From: Lama guanicoe
Taxonomy: Eukaryota
Reading direction: 5' to 3'
Length of the DNA: 64,000 bases
Assembly (NCBI GenBank): GCA_013239625.1
Contig: MU053594.1
Location: forward strand, 1,519,654 to 1,583,653
Shown here: piece by piece, positions 36,919 to 49,329 of the stretch
Layout: each line of letters begins with the position of its first letter
Numbering within the stretch: the stretch's first letter is position 1
Made by a program: the position numbers and the translations under genes
Notes under the pieces: model-generated
What the model was told of the DNA's origin: nothing
What the model saw: only the letters and a program-made list of their open reading frames with translations
Database searches by the model: none

Positions 36919-36919
36919 A

Positions 36920-38035
36920 AAATATACATATAATCAGCTTAATAAATGCAGAAAAAGCATTTGAAAAATTCAACACCCACTCATGATAAAAGCTCTCAGC
37001 CAACTAGAAATAGAAGCAAGTTTTCTGTGCCTGACAAAAAAATCACTGCAGAACACCTTCAATTAGTATCATACTTACAGTGAATGCTTTTCCCCTAAGA
37101 TAGAGAACAGAGCAAGGATGCCCATTCTCACTCTTTCTACTCATCATCACACTGGAAGTCCTAGCCAGTGAAATGAATGAATGGATGGATGGATGCAGAC
37201 TGGAAAGGAAGTATAAACTGTCTCTATTTATACACAACATGAGTGTCTACCTAGAAAACCCCAAAGAATCTACGAAAAAGTTCCTAGAATCAATATAAGT
37301 GTTTCCCAAAGTCTTGCAATATACAAAAAAAAAAAGCAATTGTATTTGTATTGACCAGCAATGAATAATTAGGAACTGCAATTTATAAAAATACCATTTA
37401 TAACAGCACCCAAAAACCATGGGACACTACATGTAAGAGCAGCTGGAGCTCTGGTTCACAGCCACTTTGCAAAGCAGCTTAGCAATTTCTTATGAAGTAA
37501 AACATACTTCCATCACATCACGCCTACGAGTCCCACTCCTGGGTGTTTACCCAAGTAAACCTACACGTACCAAAAAATCTGCATGTGAGTTTTTACAGCA
37601 ACTTCATTCTTATTTCCCTGAAATTGGAAAGCACAAAAGGGCAGTGGATAAACAACTGTGGAATATCTATACGATGGAATCCTACTCAGTCTTAAAAAGG
37701 AAGGAGTGACTAACACACATGCAGCGTGAATGAATCTCAGACGCATGTGCCGAGTGGAAGCAACCAGACTCAAAGGCTACATGCTCCATGGTTTTATTTA
37801 TATGACATTCTGAAAAGGCAAAGGCTGGAGACAGGAAACAAGTCCGCGGCGGCACCAGGGCTGGAAGTAAGGGGAGAGAAGGACACGGGAGGAATTACCT
37901 AGAGTGAAAGGATTGCTCTCTGTCTTGAACTCCGTGATGGTTAAACCACTGGATGTGTTTGTCAAAACATGGAGAATTGTACACTGATTCCGGTGAATTT
38001 TATTACATACACAGTATTACTCAATTTTAGAAAAA
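36920..38035 (+). mobile_element. Old L1 (L1MC/L1ME-like) ORF2 and 3' fragments
   Basis: 'aatgcagaaaaagcatttgaaaaattcaacacccactcatgataaaagctctcag', 'ctggaagtcctagccagtg', 'cccactcctgggtgtttaccc'. Confidence 0.85.
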
Positions 38036-38299
38036 CTAGGAAAGGATCACTTTGTCGTTTGGCTTGAGAATAGACCGTAGGGTCAAGGCTGCGAGCAAGG
38101 AGACCGCAGGATCCAGGGGAGAGATGCATGGCTGGGACTGAAGGTGGCCTAGGATCTGGCAGTACCTAGGTCATCGAGGACCCTTGTGGACACAATTTCA
38201 AGGACGGGGCAAAGGTAGAGGATGCACGAGTAAAGAACGGAGGTGAGCGTGTGCAGACAGCCTTGTGTCCTGTATCACAGACAACTCTTTCAAGAAACC

Positions 38300-38570
38300 T
38301 GGAAACTTGAGAACAAACTAGTGGTTACTAGTAGGGAGAGGGTGGGGTGGGGCAAGATAAGGAAGGGGACTGAGGCCAAAACTGCTAGGTATGAAATAAA
38401 TAAGACACAGGATGTAGTATTCAGCCCAGGGAATATAATCGATGTTTTATATTAACTTTCAATGGAGTATAACCTATTAAAATATCAAATCATTATGCTG
38501 TGTACCTGAAACTAACATACAACATTGTAAATCAGCTGTATTTCTATTAATCAATCAATAGGTATATAAA
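38300..38570 (+). mobile_element. L1 3' end (L1MA-like)
   Basis: 'gagaacaaactagtggttact...gctgtgtacctgaaactaacatacaacattgtaaatcagctgtatttc'. Confidence 0.85.
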
Positions 38571-38637
38571 TAGATAAACAAACTTGCTGGAACCTGCCCC
38601 ACAGGACAAGCCCTGGCTCGGAGAACAGCCTAGACCT

Positions 38638-38749
38638 TGGGTGACCAACGGGCCCGTTTTGCCTGGGACTGTCTTGATTTTGACACCGAAAGTCCTGCAT
38701 CCAGGGAAACGCCTCCTTCTCAGGTATACCAGGACACCCGGTCACCTAA
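38638..38749. mobile_element. MER81-like hAT-Blackjack MITE
   Basis: TIRs tgggtgacc...ggtcaccta and internal 'gaaagtcctgcatccagggaa'. Confidence 0.8.
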
Positions 38750-39070
38750 GCCTGATCCCTGACCTGCCCCGGCTGAAGGGCTGTGCTCAGCTCAAGGCCC
38801 AGCCTGCCCCTCCAGCCTTCTGCAGTTCTTCTTCCCTGTGGGCCACTTGGGGTCCCTGCCCTCCATCCTTTCAAGCCTCTGAGCTCCTCTCTGATACTGC
38901 TCACACACGAGGGGGTGCGGGGATGCCTGAGAACAGCCACCTCTGCTGCTTTTTGTGTCACCTTCCCTTCGGTCACCTGTTTGTTAGATGACTGGATACC
39001 AGGAAGAACTAAAAGAGCAGCTTTGTCACTCCACTGCCCAGAGTCAGGAGCAGTGAGCTGGAAACACACC

Positions 39071-39655
39071 ACCCAATGTTCAGAGCAGCACTGTTTACAG
39101 CAGCCAAGACATGGAAGCAGCTTAAATGTCCATCGACAGATGACTGGAGAAAGAAGCTGTGGTGTATATACACAATGGAATATTACTCAGCCATAAAAAG
39201 AATTAGATAATGCATTTACAGCAACATGGATGGACCTGGAGATTATCATTCTAAGTGAAGTAAGCCAGGCAGAGAAAGAAAAATACCGTATGATATTGCT
39301 TCCATGTGGAATCTAAAAATAAAAAAAAAAATAAATGAACTTATTTCTAAAATAGAGACAGACTCACAGCCATAGAAAATAAACTTGTGGTTACCAGGTG
39401 GGGAAAAGAGGTGAGGAGGGATAAATTGGGAGTTCAGGATTTGCAGATACACACTACTATATATAAAATAGATAAACAACAAGGCCCTACTGTGTAGCAC
39501 AGGGAACTATATTCAGTACCTTGTAATGGCCTATAATGAAAAAGAATGTGAAAAGGAATATATATATTCATATATTATATATATAAATGAATCACTATGC
39601 TGCACACCAGAAATCAACACAACATTGTTAATCGACTATACTTCAGTTTAAAAAC
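39071..39655 (+). mobile_element. 5'-truncated L1 flanked by a 59-bp direct duplication
   Basis: Canonical ORF2 end and 3' UTR. Flanks 39012-39070 and 39656-39714 align without gaps. Confidence 0.95.
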
Positions 39656-40239
39656 AAAGAGAAGTTCTGTGATTCCACTGCCCAAAGTCAAGAGCAATCA
39701 ACTCAGAACACACCTTTTACTCCCATCTCCCGTTTGAAATGCCTTTCCTGAAACCGACCCCTTGAAACACCTTTGCTTTGATCTAGTCCATCGTGATCTC
39801 TTAGACCATCATGATATCTCCACAGCTGTGGATTGGGAAAACACCCCCTCCTTCACATCCCTGCTTTGGTTGCCACCACACCCAGCCGTTTGGATCTCTT
39901 CCCACCTTGCTGATGTGTGTTTCTCACCCTCACACATCCCGGGGAGCAGTCAAGAGTGATGTTTGAGTGCCTACACCTTGACGTTAAACAAGACCTAGGT
40001 TTGAATCCCACCTTTGTCACCTTCCAGCAGGATGACCTTTGGGACTTTACTCCCCCCAACTTCAGGTATCCCTCTGTCAAATGGGTATAATGAATTCCCC
40101 CTCACTGGATTGCTGTCAGAAGTAAATTAAATGAGATTCTGTATGAAGGGAGAAAAAACCTCAGCACAATACTTAGAACAGAGCAAGCAAGAAATAAACG
40201 CAGCCCCTGATGTTATAAAATATTTCCAACAGTAATGCT

Positions 40240-40600
40240 CAACAATCGGAAAGTAGTTAATAAGTCAGGCTACATCATGATTTATTTATCGAATACTATA
40301 CAACGAAGCCATTAAAAATAATGACCTGAAGAACATTTAATGGTACAGAAAAATGTTCACAGTATAATTTTAAAAGAAGAAAAAATATTCAGGCTGTAAA
40401 ACTCAGGTCCCAATTCTGTTCTCTAAAAAAAAAAAAAAAGGATGAGCGTGTGTGTGTGTTGTAAATGGGTATTTAGGAAAAAAAGAAAAAATATCAAAAA
40501 CGTCGGCTGCTTTTTTCTTTTCTATTATATGTTCCTCTGTATTTTCAAGTTTTCTCTAATAAATATGCATTACTCTCACAATAATGGATGTTATTTTTAA
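40240..40600 (+). mobile_element. Ancient L1ME-like 3' end
   Basis: 'gaatactatacaacgaagccattaaaaataatg...atggtacagaaaaatgttcacagtata...ctgtattttcaagtttttct'. Confidence 0.6.
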
Positions 40601-41390
40601 AATTCAGTCATCAATATTTTGATTCGAAAGAGATTTTTCTAGCACACTCTAAGTGCCCAGCAATATTCTGGACTCTAGGGAAACTGTGATAAAAAAAGTC
40701 CACAGGCGGGATTTTTCTCAAGACACTGTCTAGCCTTGCATTTAATTCTCCTTACATGTTTTATGCACTAGTTTTGTCTCCACAAATAAATTAACTCCTC
40801 GAGAGAAGAAAGCACATGATCCTCTTCCCTGTAGCCACTCTGTACGCACAGGAAGAACTCAGTAATGCATTTCACTGCGATACCTGGGGATTGACTGAAA
40901 AGTAGCCAGTTTCCTAACATCAATTATGATGAGAAGAAAAGAAGGGGTGCTTTTTTACTTGGGGCTCTCTTTCCCCTACCTCCCTTGTGCCGGGTGTGGA
41001 TGGTTACCACCTTCAGTGGGTTTTCCTGCAAGCACAGGAGCCTTATGGCTGGCCTAGCCTGATGTGGAGGGCGCTTCTCAGTCTCCAGCCTCCACCAGAA
41101 GACACATCAAACCTCCCCTTCCCCATATTTAAGCAACTTGAGAGAATAACAGTTGATCACTTCCTCTTACATCAGGAGTTCTCTATTGTTTTTACAGCTT
41201 GAATCCCTTGGGCAGTCTCGTGAAGCCTGTGGAACTATCTTAGATTAAGGTTTGTCAATGCATCAAATAAATACACAGGATTACCAAAGAAAACTAAATA
41301 TACAGAAATACAATTGTGTTTTAAAATATATTTATTATATAGTAATAGATTTGTTTCTTTGCACGACATTAAAAATAAAACATCACATAT

Positions 41391-41580
41391 AAAATAAACA
41401 GCTTTATTCTGTATAGCACCTGTATTCAATATCTTGTAGTAACCTGTAATGGAAAAGAATATGAAAATGAATATATGCATGTATATGCATGACTGAACTA
41501 TTATGCTGTCCACTAGAAGTTGACAAACCATTACAAACTGACTATATACTTCAATAAAAAATTTTTAATTAAAAAAAAAA
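41391..41580 (+). mobile_element. L1 3' tail nested in the hAT element
   Basis: 'attctgtatagcacc...gaatatatgcatgtatatgcatgactgaactattatgctg...tacttcaataaaaa' with degenerate TSD aaaacatcacat/aaaacattacat. Confidence 0.88.
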
Positions 41581-41629
41581 CATTACATTTGAAATACAGT
41601 CAAATTAAATGTTAATTTTTAAAGACATA

Positions 41630-43230
41630 CCCAGATGAACACTTCTGCTGACCTTGCACAAGAACATAAAATGTGAGAATGATCTTAAACAAGATAATAC
41701 ACGTCTTGTTGAAAACCCAGCTGATTTTTTTTATGGTAACAATGTTGAAAATTCAATCCTGAAAGATAGAGTGTTGAAAATGAAATTAAAGCTTGGGAAC
41801 TCCTTCACAAAGTAAAGGTCAGTGTCTCCTAGGGACCACGAAAACCGTCCAAGGCTTGTTGGTGACACTTTAGTTATAGTGTTTTTTTGGTCCCAAGATC
41901 AATGAGTTCATCTTTGGCTAGGTCAACATCATTGATAGTTTGTATCAGAAAGAAAAAGAATGCAACCGCTAGGATTCAGTTTTGTTACCATCAAGACAGA
42001 AATAACTTTTGCAAGGGTTCTAAAGTGTTTCCAGGTGTTTATAAATTATTCTTTTCAAATAAATTGACAGCAGCTTATAATTCAATTCCATCAAAGTAAG
42101 GTACTTTCCCCAGCATTTGAAAGTCTGCGAAGATGTCAGCCTCCTATCAGCCAAGAAACCTCATAATGTTTTCATAAGCATCAGGGCCTTCAATTCAAAG
42201 AGTCGTCTCATTCATGTGGTTAAAAATAACCTACCAGATAAGGCAACCAACCCACAGACCAAATTCTTTCCAAGTGTTCCCAGAGTGAATTTTCGTCTTC
42301 TTTTATAAAAAGTGAAACTTCCCTTTTGAATTCAATGAGCTTCTCTATGGTAAAGAAGTCCCTCATTTTCTGCTATGGTTTCTTGACAAAACCTGTAAAA
42401 AATACTATGATTCAGAGACCGGCTTTTGATCGAGTTGCTGACTTTTATGGCTGTTAACGAAACTTCTCTCAGGATTTTGGAAAAGCCAGAATATGTCGGT
42501 ATGAAACGCAGCAAGTGAAAACGTGACATGCTTCCTTTTTCACTAAAGCAATATCAGGTATGCAACCAAACTGCACCATCTCCAAGACGTCAGTGGTCTT
42601 GGCAGTTTCCAAGGAACTCACAAAACGAGAATTCTTCTTTGCTGATGTTAGCGGGTCAAGGTGAACAAAACAAGGAGGTGGCTACATTAAACGATGCCTG
42701 TAGTGACTTACATCGAGTGACTTACCAGAGGGGAAAGACGAGGTGGCTAGTTCCCCCATTACTCACTTCGAAATACTCCGACCCTTCTCCATGGAAGCAT
42801 CTCCTTTGACAAGACAGCCACTGCCAGTCCAGTCCCCATTCCCAGCATATGTGGCTTCAGCTAGTTTCCCCAGTGACCTGGGGGTTCTTTAGTTTGGCAC
42901 CTGGGGAGAAACTTCAGGAATGCTTCCAGAATAGGTTTTCATGAAATGGCAAATTTGCATTGAGGAAGTAGCCGATTTTTTTCTCAAACTGAGCTTTCTT
43001 CATCCATATACACACTAAACCCTTCATTTCCTTTGGATGCATTTTTTTCTAGATGGGCAGACATGAGTTATTCAATCCTTCAGTCTTCCTGACTTCAATC
43101 TTCCATTTGCAGTAATTTTTCCACAAAAGAAAAGAAATCATTGTGGCTTCCATGCCCTCTCGCTTTGTTAATGTGAATGAAACCAGGTACACTGTTTTCA
43201 TCACACCTTCCTTTGCTTTGCCAGCTCAAG
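41630..43230 (-). pseudogene. Decayed hAT/Buster transposase (ZBED5/FAM200/ZBED8-like family) with many frameshifts and stops
   Basis: ORF 42332-42529 ...LREVSLTAIKVSNSIKSRSLNHSIFYRFCQETIAENEGLLYHRE matches the Buster motif L.EVL..AVKVVNFI.ARALNHRLF..FC.EMG.EH..LLYHTEVRW. Manual reading also gives KEEFSFCE..ETAKTTDVLEMV, KKAQFEK, KPILEA, AYL...FNHMNE and an FSTLY...FSTL-like C-terminus. Confidence 0.9.
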
Positions 43231-45339
43231 ATAAATTGGGTCTGTACAAATAATAAATAAAGCTAAAATCAAATATTTTATTCCATTATCATTTTTTGAA
43301 ATATAATACTTACTTTGTGGTTCCTAAGAGATTTGTTTGATAAACCTACTTAGAAGGGAATCATCTGCACATTAAGTATAAAATATTCATTAAATTTTAT
43401 GACAAGTAAGGAAACTGAGGCAGATTTTTACAATCAGCCAGTGTTTACACTGATAACACCTCTTTACTTTTGTATGGACCAGCGGATGACAGCCATAGCT
43501 CAGGAGCCCTGTTCTCGCTGGAATTTAGCTGTTGCTTCATACAACTCCCCAGGACTGTAGAAATAATGGTTCTCATTTCTCATATTGTCGGTGTTTCCCA
43601 CAAAGTTATTTTTGTTTAATGTGGGACATTTTCACTGAATAAAAGTACAAGAACAACATGTGCATGATAAACTGTGCGTGGAGGACTTGACTTCATGGCA
43701 CAGACACTGTGCAAACAGCGAAAAAGAAAAACAAATCAAAGACAGAACTGTTGCTACTCAGAGCGCTTACCACACTGTCATGACCCGTGTCGCCGTGCAA
43801 TCTGCTAGCCATCAGAAGAAGTCACTTTAAATATCACACTTCGGCAGTTAGCTCGGCAAATCAGACATGTTTCAACTCATCTGTGTCCCCAAAGGCTGCA
43901 TTCCCGAAGGACAGAGGGAAACTCACGTGACAGCAATTTGGATCGGCAAAGCTTTAGCACACTGAAAATGATTCAACTCCTTCTGTGTATTTATCCACAA
44001 ACAATCGTGGTTAAGGAATGTTGGAAGGTCTGGGTCATCCCCATGAGAATACATCGCCCACCCCATGCACGGTGGCCAGGCAGTAGTGGCTACGACGGAG
44101 GAGAGTTTGTCAGGAAGATGCATCCCACACTTCCAGCGGCGACTAAGAGCTTCTGTAATTTCAAAAGAGTGGTGGGCATGAGTGACATATCCAGGTGTCT
44201 CCCACAACTGTAATGTGATAGGAAAATATTTGTGATTTCTACTAATGACAAAATCACAGGTCGTGCTAATACCAGTGGTTTGTTGCCACACTCATAATTG
44301 AAAGAAATGCCACATTTCAGACTGAGGATCGTAAAAAAGAACCTGCAATTTTTCTGTGCCCAAGTTCATGAACCCTCTGACTTCTCTTCCACAGACCCCA
44401 TGGGCCCATGGCTTCAGTTAAGAGCCTCTGTTTTATGTGGTTCGTAGTGGTCCAGGGGAGTGGTTTCCAAATTTCAGAAAAGGGAAATGAAAAAAAAAAA
44501 AAAAGGAAAAAGAAGCAAGTTTTTATAATGCTACATTTATTTATGATAACTTTTTTTTCTTCTTTGCTTTTAAAATGTTCTTTTTGATGAAATGATAAAG
44601 ACTGTAGATGGTAATTGTTTAAATGTCTTTACTAGGTGAATAATGAGGAGTTGGCGATCTTGTTGCCAGTTTCCTCATCTACTTCTTTCAATGTATTTAT
44701 GGGTCTATGAAATCCAAACGCTAGAACTCATTTGTCCAGGACATCATGACAAACCCACTGAGCCCCGGTACCTAGTCCCCCTCAAAAGAACCCCAGATTA
44801 GTCTGTTTTTCCACTCCTTGCAGGAGGTGGCCCCATTCCCATCTGGAGAAAAATCCCGAGTGGTCTAAGCAGTCATGGAAAGCCCGTTGTCTGGGCAGAG
44901 ATCGATTTACTGGGTGGAAACATGGCTCAGTCTGGCCAGTTGGGCCGGAAAGGAATGTGGTTGTGACTGGGTGTCTGATGTCTGGAAATGCCGGGGTCAT
45001 TCCACCACCACAAGGGAAGGCAGCCTGGGATGAAGTTGGCAGAGTGAAGAGAAGGAGAGAACCCCGCCCTGGATGGCCTCTCGGGGCTGACCCCACCACC
45101 GGGAGCTGCACCACTGCTGGACTTTTTGCTACATAAGATGGTTCCTAATTGTCCCCCGCCATTGAGTTGGGGGATCACTAACTCCCAGATGCAGTTGTCC
45201 TAACTGATGCAGCCAGACACTGTGAGAACCTTCAGGAAGGGCCGTTACCTCTAAACACAATTGCCGCACCAGGGCACGAAGTGAGCTCACCTGTCCCTGT
45301 TTATGGAGATGATGTCTCCTGCAGCCCTAACTTCAGCCA

Positions 45340-46015
45340 TCCCCCCAGCACCGGCTGATTTCACCTCCTAAATATCCCCCTAATCCTTCCCATTCCTTCC
45401 ATTTCCACTGCCAACGCTGGCCCAGCTACTGTGAGCTCCGGTTCAGAGCACGAGCCTGGTGGGCGCAGCCCATCATCTGGTTTTCCTGCTCCCACTGGGG
45501 CCTCTTCCAAACAGCAGCCGGAGTGCTTCGGTTTTAATGCAGATCAGTGCACATCATTTTCCTGTTTCAAGCCTTGCGCTGGTTTCCCATTGCACTTAGA
45601 ATAAAGCGCAAACTACTTAAATGACCTACAGAGCCCCTCAGAGCCAGGCCCTCCACAGCCTCCAGCCTCACTCCCTCACCCCTGCCCTCCCAGCTTCGGT
45701 CGCACAGGCCCTCCCCTCCCCTTCCCCTCCTGGATCCACTCAGAGCCTTTAGGTCCTTCAAGTCCTTTGATCCCAGCTCAGCCATCACCTTCTCAGGGAA
45801 ATCTTTGATGACCATCTTCCGCCAGAACCAGACCTCTACGTAGGCCTTCCTGGCATCTAACACAATTTGCAATTACATATTTATTCGTGTGATTAGTTGA
45901 TCGATGCCTTCTTTCCCTACTAGAATGCAAGCTCCCTGTCTTGGTCACCATTGGATTCCCAGTCCTAACACAATGTAAGTATTCAAACAATATTTGTGGA
46001 ATGAATGGATGGACG
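45340..46015 (+). mobile_element. L2 3' region
   Basis: 'tggtttcccattgcacttagaataaagcgcaaactacttaaatgacctacagagccc...ctagaatgcaagctccc...aatatttgtggaatgaatggatgga'. Confidence 0.85.
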
Positions 46016-46265
46016 TCACAAATGGTCACAGTTACCCCTGGGGAGCACCTTGTCCCCCCGGAGTATCTGGCTTCATAAACATTGCACAACATCCCTGTTC
46101 ACCAGTTTCCAGAGCCCTGCTCACAGGCACAGCAACTTTGCACGTGACCTCTCCTTCTCTACACAGGGCTGAAGGTGAGGGAGCTGTGTGCCCTCCTGTG
46201 TGCTCCCAAGGGTGACCCAAGTCTCCACCCACACTCTCCCCAAGTCATGGAAGAGGCAATATGAG

Positions 46266-46644
46266 TGCTATGGACTGAATGCTTGTGTCTCCCCAAAAAC
46301 TCATATGCTGACGCCCTAAACCACCACCACCCCGAAATGTGACAGCATTAGGAGGTGGGGCCTTTGAAAGGTGATGACGTTGAAGTGATTAGGTGTAGAT
46401 GAATTCACCATGGGGTTCGTCTCCTTCTAAGGGGAGGAAGAGGCTAGAACTATCCCTCTCTCTCTGTCATGCGAGGACACAGCAAGAAGGCGGCCATCTG
46501 TAAACCAGGAAAGGAGTCCTCACCAGATAATGATTCTGTTAGCACCTCAATCTTGGACTCCCCAGCCTCCAAACTGAGAAATAGATGTTTGTTGTTGAAG
46601 CATCCAGTCTATGGGATTTTGTTGCTGCAGCCCGAACTAAGACA
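46266..46644 (+). mobile_element. MLT1A/B-like MaLR solo LTR
   Basis: 'tgctatggactgaatgcttgtgtctcccc...aggtggggcctttgaaaggtgat...ccagtctatgggattttgttgctgcagcccgaactaagaca'. Confidence 0.88.
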
Positions 46645-49329
46645 AGATCGTGTACGTAAGGCTTCTAGCTTTTCGTATGTTAGCCCAGTATAAGCATTTA
46701 TCAATGCATATCTTAATTTTTGTTTGAATTGCTATCACAGAGCTGAAACAGGGCCTTAGAGAGCAAATAATAATCTGATTTCACGAATGTGCTCCAAAGA
46801 GGCACCAGTGACAGAACCAGCAGAAGAAGCCAAGCTCGTGGCTCCCTCTGGGCACCACGTCCATCACAGCCTGCGTGCATCCTGATTCTCTGTGCTCTGA
46901 CAGCTCAGGGCCCTCCCAGAGCTGAGAAAGTATCTGAAGAGGGAACAGCTATGAGCTTCTCTCCTCCGGGTCCAGGGTGGGTTTAGCTATTGAGTGAATG
47001 CAGAAGGGACCAGACGGGTGCTTCTCTGCTCCCAGAGAATCTTCATTCCCTCAAGGAGCCTAAAGAGACACAGGCTAGGAGAATGTCCTAATTAATTCAG
47101 GACTATTCATCTCTTTTATAGGGCCTTCCTGGAAAAAAATATTCCAGACTATTTATTGAGCTTTCTTTCAGCACTGGTCATTCTCTCCCTGTCCTGGGAC
47201 CAACAGAGATTAATTCCCTACTAATGGCATCCTCATCATGCTGATACTCAAAGGGTATTTTGTGAGGATGCTGTTCAGAAACAGCGTCACACGCACACAC
47301 ATACACCTGACCAAAAAATAGGTTCCTGGATGCCTGCCTGATGTTGCAGCTGAACAGCTGCTTGACAACAACTGGGACGAAGAAAGAGAGACAGTCAGAC
47401 AGACAGGGAGAGAAAAACCAGTAAGAAGTCCATGTGCCCATGGGGGCAACATAATCAATCACTCCTAAAGGGCGTACTTCCCCTGGAGAAAAGATTTAAG
47501 GAAACAGGCAAGCAGATTGGAGGAAAAATTCCAAGTCGGCTGATTGAAATCTGTTGTATGTTCATGCTATTTGAGAGCACATCACTTTGCATTAGGCAAT
47601 CAGCTTATGCCTTAGGTAAATAGAAAACAGAAACTCTTTCCAAGAGATGAGCACGTTTAGCAGAGACATCTCTTTGTGTTGCACACTGCCCACACCTCCT
47701 TCCCTGTGGTCTCGTCTCTGATGAGACACGTCCAGGTCCCTCCAGACGGAAGGCCCCTCTGCTCCTCACTGATGATGACTGTCTCCAGGATAACCAGGAG
47801 GTGCTTCCAGAATGCACGGCGCTCTCCTTTGTCACCTTCCTCTGTAAAAACTGTTGCCTCTGCCTGGAACCCCCTCCTCTGGCCTCCTTGCCCACCAGTG
47901 TTTGCCTAGAAAGCATCCTTCCAACACCATCTCCTGCAGAAAGCCTAATCTGGGGCCCCCGGGGGGCTCCTGTGGCGCCTTGTCCCCACCCTTGTTGTGA
48001 CAATGATCACCCTGCTGTAACTACCACTTCTCAGGCACATTCTTCACATTTTTGTGTTCTGCTGGGTCACTGTACCCACTCCTGTTGTGATAATAATGAT
48101 TCTTTTGCTCTTATTGCTCAATTCTGAAACACACTCTTTTTTTCACTCTTGAATGTTTCTAAAATCAGGATGTTTTGCAACAATGTGTACATTGAGTGTG
48201 GTAGTGTTTCTGTTTTTGGTTTTTTTTTTCTCCTAAAGAGCTGTTATTACATTGAGAGTGCATTTTAAAATCAAAGAAGTGATGTTACTTGAATGAGCCC
48301 GACGTCCCTTCCCTACTGTGAACTGGGGGGGGGCGGGGAGCAGGACCCACGTTCTGACCATCTTGCATCGCCGCCCCTTCACAGAGGGCTGGCTCTGCAG
48401 CTACTGCTGCGTAAATGCTGGAGGCAGGGAGGGAGGGATGAGGGCGAAAGGAAGGAAGAAAAGGAGGAAGGAAGAAAAGGAGGACGGAAGGGAGAGCTCT
48501 TCCAGCACCGTTTAGGAAGCACAGTCACAGCTGCTCCCATTCAGTTTGATTTCCCATCAGCGGGCGCTAGGCTCTCTCCCTGGGGACCTGCCTCGGAGTT
48601 TCCCCACTACTGACTGCCTTCTGGGCACTCACGTCTGCCGCAGATCCCCAGCACAAGGCAAGGCTCATCAGCCCCCCAGGGCAGGCGCTGTGAAGGGAGA
48701 AGCTGACCAGGAGGAACGTCACCCCTCAATTCAGTTTCACTGCGATCCCGCATGCCTTCCATCACTCCTCCACCAGCTCCTTGTCTGGCCCGCCGAGCAT
48801 GCCAAGCTCTGGCCCTGATCTAACCTTCCCTGCCTGATTTCTCGAGACTCTGGCCAGCTGATTTTCTCATTTTCCCCAACTCCTGCCTTGCCAGTGACAT
48901 TTTCCCTGGCCCCCAGCTATCCCAGGACATCTTTGATCCCCCTGTCCTCCCAGACCCCTCTGAAGAGCATCTGTTGTCTGAGCTAGACCGGTTAGCACCG
49001 GATATGCTGCTGCTGGTGTTTTATTAGCATCTCCCACAGCAGAGGGGCTAAGCACATCCTTAGCACTCAGACCCAGGATTGAAACAAATTAACACAATGA
49101 TCAGCTCTCAGGGGCTCCTCCTCTCTCGTTTCCTTGGTCCACACTTCCTTCTACTTCCAGCCCAAACAAATCTCTCTCTGAGGCCCCCAGTTAAGAATTA
49201 TGCCCCTTGCCTCCGGTTTTTCCAGGTATTTTGTTGAAGATATGTGTGGACCATGCTCCAAGCAGCCCCTGGCAGCCGGGACCACGTCAGACATCTCTCT
49301 GAACTGGCCTCTCTCCTTGGCTACTGTGT

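Larger units (their letters stand above)
41173..44430 (-). mobile_element. Near full-length fossil hAT DNA transposon (Charlie4-like, Buster clade)
   Basis: Left TIR caggagttctc(tat) and right TIR gttaagagcctctg (reverse complement cagaggctcttaac). Charlie4-type subterminal sequences at both ends, TSD tcttacat/ttttatgt, internal transposase relic. Confidence 0.9.

Noticed and set aside
41630..43230. Domesticated ZBED/FAM200-type gene
   Set aside because: It has numerous stops and frameshifts, the catalytic motifs are degraded, and the TIRs and TSD are still attached. This is a neutrally decaying fossil.
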